This document shows positions 60,605 through 64,000 of a stretch of DNA of 64,000 nucleotides, piece by piece. The stretch comes from Patescibacteria group bacterium (GTDB taxonomy: Bacteria; Patescibacteriota; Patescibacteriia; 2-02-FULL-49-11), in assembly GCA_041645165.1 (NCBI GenBank), contig JBAZQN010000001.1, positions 117,971-181,970 on the forward strand, written 5' to 3'. Within the stretch, counting starts at the first letter, position 1. Each line of letters starts with the position of its first letter. The translations under genes and the position numbers were made by a program. Under the pieces are notes generated by a model that saw only the letters and a program-made list of their open reading frames with translations, made no database searches and was not told the DNA's origin.

Positions 60605-61879
60605 TTACGGAATATAATCCAGCGGGTTAACAGGTATTCCCTGTTGGCGGATTTCAAAATGCAGATGTGGTCCTGTAGTGAGTCTCCCTGCGCCGGGGGT
60701 GCCCGGAGTGCCACCTGACAAGCCTATTACCTGCCCTTGCGTGACAAATTCATCACTGCGCACATAAATTTTCGATAAATGGCCGTACACCGTCGCATAC
60801 CCGTCATTATGGATTAGCATTATGTAGGAGTAGCCCATGCCCGCGTCTTTTGCAATGCCCACATAACCGCTGGCTGCGGCGTGCACGGATGTTTTGTAGG
60901 CCGCCTTAATATCAATGGCGGGATGTTCAAAAATATAGCGATAAGGGTAGTCAGGGTCATGGAAATATGCGGTAATCACATTAGGCGGAACCGGCCACGC
61001 AAAAATAGTATTGCCAAGCGCTTGCAATTTTTTCAAACGTTCGCCTTTCTGCATCTCTGCGCGCAGTTTTTTTTCTATAGTGCTCACCTCTGACTCGATC
61101 GCGTTTTGTTCGCGTTTTGCGCTTTCCAGCAAGGACGTATATTTTGTCTCAGAACGGCGGGTATCGACAAGCAACTGAGCTTTTACAGAACGCTGCGATC
61201 CCAGCTGGAGCTGCTGTTCATCAAGCTGTGATTTTAACTGCACGAGTTGCTCTTGTTTTGCCGTTAATTCTGCATGTTTCAATTCCGCTTCTTTTTTCAC
61301 GCGGTCATATTCATTGACTGTAGCGGCAATGGAGGACTGCAGTTGCTCAATGTTTTTTATATCATGGTAGTATTCGGAAAGATTGTCATGTGTCAGGAGC
61401 GCAAACATCTCCTGCATCCCCTCTCGCTGCTTGAGATAACGGAGGTTCGCCGCAAGCTCAGCGCGTTTCAAGAGGAGTGATCGCTCATATTGGGCAATTA
61501 ATTCCTGCGTTTGCTCAATTTCCATTTGCGTCTCGCCGATTTCCTCTTCGGTAAGTTTTATGGAAAGTTCGAGCCGCTGTACCTGGTCATTGATAATAGC
61601 AATTTGATTTGACAGGGAGGCAGCTTGCGATTGGCGAAGTCGGATACTCTGCGCATACGTGGAAATTTCACGTTTCAGGTGGTCTATGGATTCTTTTTTC
61701 TGATCTATGCTCGTTTGCAATGATTGCACATTGCCATATTGCGCATACACATAAATAAGACCCGGCAATAATAAAAATACGGCGATGATTGCGATCGCCA
61801 GTATCTGTAATCTATTTTTTTTATTAAAACGATGAGCTGCGCTGTCTCTCATGCCGTTATTGTAGCAAATTTTGCTCAT
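60605..61879 (-). CDS. Coiled-coil M23 peptidase (murein hydrolase)
   Basis: TM, long coiled coil, HPAIDI, YGHLS, TTGPHLHFEIR. Confidence 0.9.
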   Translation of the reverse strand: MSKICYNNGMRDSAAHRFNKKNRLQILAIAIIAVFLLLPGLIYVYAQYGNVQSLQTSIDQKKESIDHLKREISTYAQSIRLRQSQAASLSNQIAIINDQVQRLELSIKLTEEEIGETQMEIEQTQELIAQYERSLLLKRAELAANLRYLKQREGMQEMFALLTHDNLSEYYHDIKNIEQLQSSIAATVNEYDRVKKEAELKHAELTAKQEQLVQLKSQLDEQQLQLGSQRSVKAQLLVDTRRSETKYTSLLESAKREQNAIESEVSTIEKKLRAEMQKGERLKKLQALGNTIFAWPVPPNVITAYFHDPDYPYRYIFEHPAIDIKAAYKTSVHAAASGYVGIAKDAGMGYSYIMLIHNDGYATVYGHLSKIYVRSDEFVTQGQVIGLSGGTPGTPGAGRLTTGPHLHFEIRQQGIPVNPLDYIP

Positions 61880-61937
61880 CTTGTAAACCCCGTCATATCA
61901 AATTTTAGCCTTTCTTAGACGACATGAGATCTCCAGT

Positions 61938-63548
61938 TTATGCGTTGAGAGTTTGAAGCGATTCAATTGCGTTTTCAATTCTTTTAATCGTTTCATCCTT
62001 ACCAAGAATGTTCATTAATTCAAAAGGGCTGGGACTTTGCTCTTTGCCGCTTAAGGCCACGCGAAGCGGCCAAAGAATCTGGCTGTTGGTCCTTTGTGTA
62101 TCTTTTATCCACGCCTTCAATGTGGTATCAAAGTCAGGAGCTTTAAACATATTTTCCGGCATCGTGTGGAAGTACTCCTTGGTTTCAATTAGGTGGGCTA
62201 TGGCCGTATCGCGCTGTTCCCCTTTCCCTATGAGCAGTGATGCGTCGTAGAAGGGGCGGTCAAAAAGATATTCAAGATCTTGCCCGATGTCTTTGAGCAC
62301 AACGAGCCTGGTCTGAAGCAGTGCAGCCACAGATTGCATATAGTCATCGCGAATAATGCGCTTATCGAGGGTAAGCCACTCCCCTTTTTCAAGCGGGGTG
62401 ATAAGGCCTGATGCGGTTAAATGCGGGATGGCTCTCGAGGCGAGATCTTCAAGGGGCATCAGTTTGATATAGTGCTTATTTATCCAGTTTAATTTTTCAT
62501 AATTGAATACGGCAGGAGATTTTTGGATGCCTTCGAGGCTGAACAGTGCGAGCATTTCTTCTTTCGTAAAAATCTCTTGCTCGTTTCCCTTACCAGGATT
62601 CCAGCCAAGTAAAAGGGTGAAATTTAGAAGCGCATGGGGCAGGTATCCGGCATCCCGCATTGCCAGTACCGAAATTGCGCCATGGCGCTTGCTGAGTTTA
62701 GTTCTGTCGGGCGCTAAGATTAAAGGGAGATGGCCGAATTGGGGAATTTCCCAGCCTAATCCTTGGTAGAGCAATATATGTTTTGGTAGCGAGGGCAGCC
62801 AATCATCGCCCCGCAATACATGCGTGATGCCCATAAGGTGATCGTCAACGACGTTGGCGAGATGATAAGTGGGGTATTGGTCAGATTTCAGAAGCACTTG
62901 ATCGTCCACAAGGCGTAAATCAAATGTGACATCACCGTGAATTAAATCATTTACTGTTATCGTTCCTTTCTCTGGTATTTTAAGCCGAATGACGTATGGC
63001 GCGTTTGACGCCAACTGCTTTGCAATTTCATCCGATGATAATGCGGCGCAATGTTTGTCATACATGGACGGTTGTTTATTCGCTTCTTGCTCTTTCCTCA
63101 TTTTTTCCAGCCTTTGAGGTGTGCAAAAACACCGGTATGCAACTCCCTTCTCTAGAAGTATTTCAGCGTACTTACGATACTCCTCTATTCTTTGCGATTG
63201 AAAATACGGCCCTCCTTCTCCTTTTTCTGCAATTAAGTCATCCATATTGGAATTTGGGATTTGCCCGATCATACGATCGGGCATCCGGTCGGATGACCGG
63301 ATGAATTTAGGATTTTTCATTATTGGTCCTTCATCCCAATCAAGCCCTGCCCATGCAAGCCCTTCTAAGATTGATTTTACGCTTTCAGGTTTGTAGCGCG
63401 TTTGATCTGTATCTTCAATGCGGACAATAAATTTGCCCTTGCGCTGCCGCGCGAAGAGCCAATTAAATAGCGCCACGCGGAGCGTGCCAATGTGCATGTC
63501 TCCTGTAGGCGATGGGGCAACTCTTACACAAATTTGATTAATATTCAT
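61938..63548 (-). CDS. gltX: Glutamyl-tRNA synthetase with palindrome-derived insertion
   Basis: APSPTGDMHIG, RIEDTD, VVDDHLMGITHVLRG, KLSKRHG. Confidence 0.96.
   Translation of the reverse strand: MNINQICVRVAPSPTGDMHIGTLRVALFNWLFARQRKGKFIVRIEDTDQTRYKPESVKSILEGLAWAGLDWDEGPIMKNPKFIRSSDRMPDRMIGQIPNSNMDDLIAEKGEGGPYFQSQRIEEYRKYAEILLEKGVAYRCFCTPQRLEKMRKEQEANKQPSMYDKHCAALSSDEIAKQLASNAPYVIRLKIPEKGTITVNDLIHGDVTFDLRLVDDQVLLKSDQYPTYHLANVVDDHLMGITHVLRGDDWLPSLPKHILLYQGLGWEIPQFGHLPLILAPDRTKLSKRHGAISVLAMRDAGYLPHALLNFTLLLGWNPGKGNEQEIFTKEEMLALFSLEGIQKSPAVFNYEKLNWINKHYIKLMPLEDLASRAIPHLTASGLITPLEKGEWLTLDKRIIRDDYMQSVAALLQTRLVVLKDIGQDLEYLFDRPFYDASLLIGKGEQRDTAIAHLIETKEYFHTMPENMFKAPDFDTTLKAWIKDTQRTNSQILWPLRVALSGKEQSPSPFELMNILGKDETIKRIENAIESLQTLNA
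63263..63303. repeat. Double-hairpin element inside gltX
   Basis: Minus strand CATCCGGTC-ATCC-GACCGGATG, GCCCGATC-GTAT-GATCGGGC. Confidence 0.8.
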
Positions 63549-63598
63549 ACTAATAGGCCATTTTGCGCATTTAAATGCGCTGTAACGAACTTATCCTA

Positions 63599-64000
63599 TC
63601 ATTTACGTGATTTTGTCGCAATGAGAAACATGAAGCGCACTGTAGCGTTTATTATACGAAAGATGCGCCACGGCTGGAGTATAAGCCGCCAAAGCCATTC
63701 CAAGCCCATAGCGCGTATAAAATTCGGCGCGCGGGCCACATTGCCCGCGAGAAAATCAAAAGCGCCGCCCACGCCCATGGCAATTTTTACGGAAGGCATG
63801 CGAGACAAGTGTTCGGCTATCCAGAGCTCTTGCTTCGGCTGTCCTAACGCCACAAATAATATCTGCGTTTTAAAAAGTCGAATACGTTTTATTACTTCCT
63901 CAATATTTTGTTCCTTGTTCCTTGTTCCTTGTTCTTTTTCAGGAATTCCCTCATCGCCATGGATATATAATCCCGGAAATTGCTGGCGCAAGCGGTGTGC
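63599..64000 (-). CDS. WecB/TagA/CpsF glycosyltransferase, 5' end outside window
   Basis: FVALGQPKQE, MGVGGAFDFLAG..RAP..GLEWLWRL. Confidence 0.92.
   Translation of the reverse strand, partial: AHRLRQQFPGLYIHGDEGIPEKEQGTRNKEQNIEEVIKRIRLFKTQILFVALGQPKQELWIAEHLSRMPSVKIAMGVGGAFDFLAGNVARAPNFIRAMGLEWLWRLILQPWRIFRIINATVRFMFLIATKSRK
63908..63935. repeat. 7-bp tandem repeat x4 within CDS
   Basis: (TTGTTCC)3 TTGTTCT, encoding EQGTRNKEQ. Confidence 0.8.

Noticed and set aside
1-64000. Integrase, transposase, reverse transcriptase or phage genes
   Set aside because: No ORF in the window shows the relevant catalytic motifs; any mobilising enzyme must be elsewhere.

Overview
Bacterial genomic window, most likely Patescibacteria/CPR (inferred from the protein families, few Shine-Dalgarno sites and many small palindromic elements). 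Layout: (1) 414-7965, an AT-rich array of 7-8 unrelated single-gene cassettes separated by seven structured att-like sites, with no integrase in the window. (2) About 8-44.5 kb, a large surface-glycan locus (GT4/GT2/GT-C transferases, methyltransferases, rfbD, Wzz, O-antigen ligase/polymerase, GNAT/DegT/deacetylase module). (3) 44.5-54.3 kb, surface proteins (S8 protease, repeat-rich putative fibre genes). (4) Housekeeping genes: greA, lysS fused to an HD domain, serS, ftsQ-like, M23 peptidase, gltX, WecB/TagA. The best candidate for a new system is the cassette array. Each cassette is bracketed by its own 25-60 bp inverted repeat. The att sites have non-canonical 6/9-nt spacers and a three-way-junction fold with Xer/dif-like arms, and the array starts at a dif/attI-like site. 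A second theme is a set of miniature CCC...GGG elements with 4-bp target duplications that insert exactly at start codons (TATG) or in frame inside genes. All calls were made by eye from the sequence and ORF track; no searches were run.
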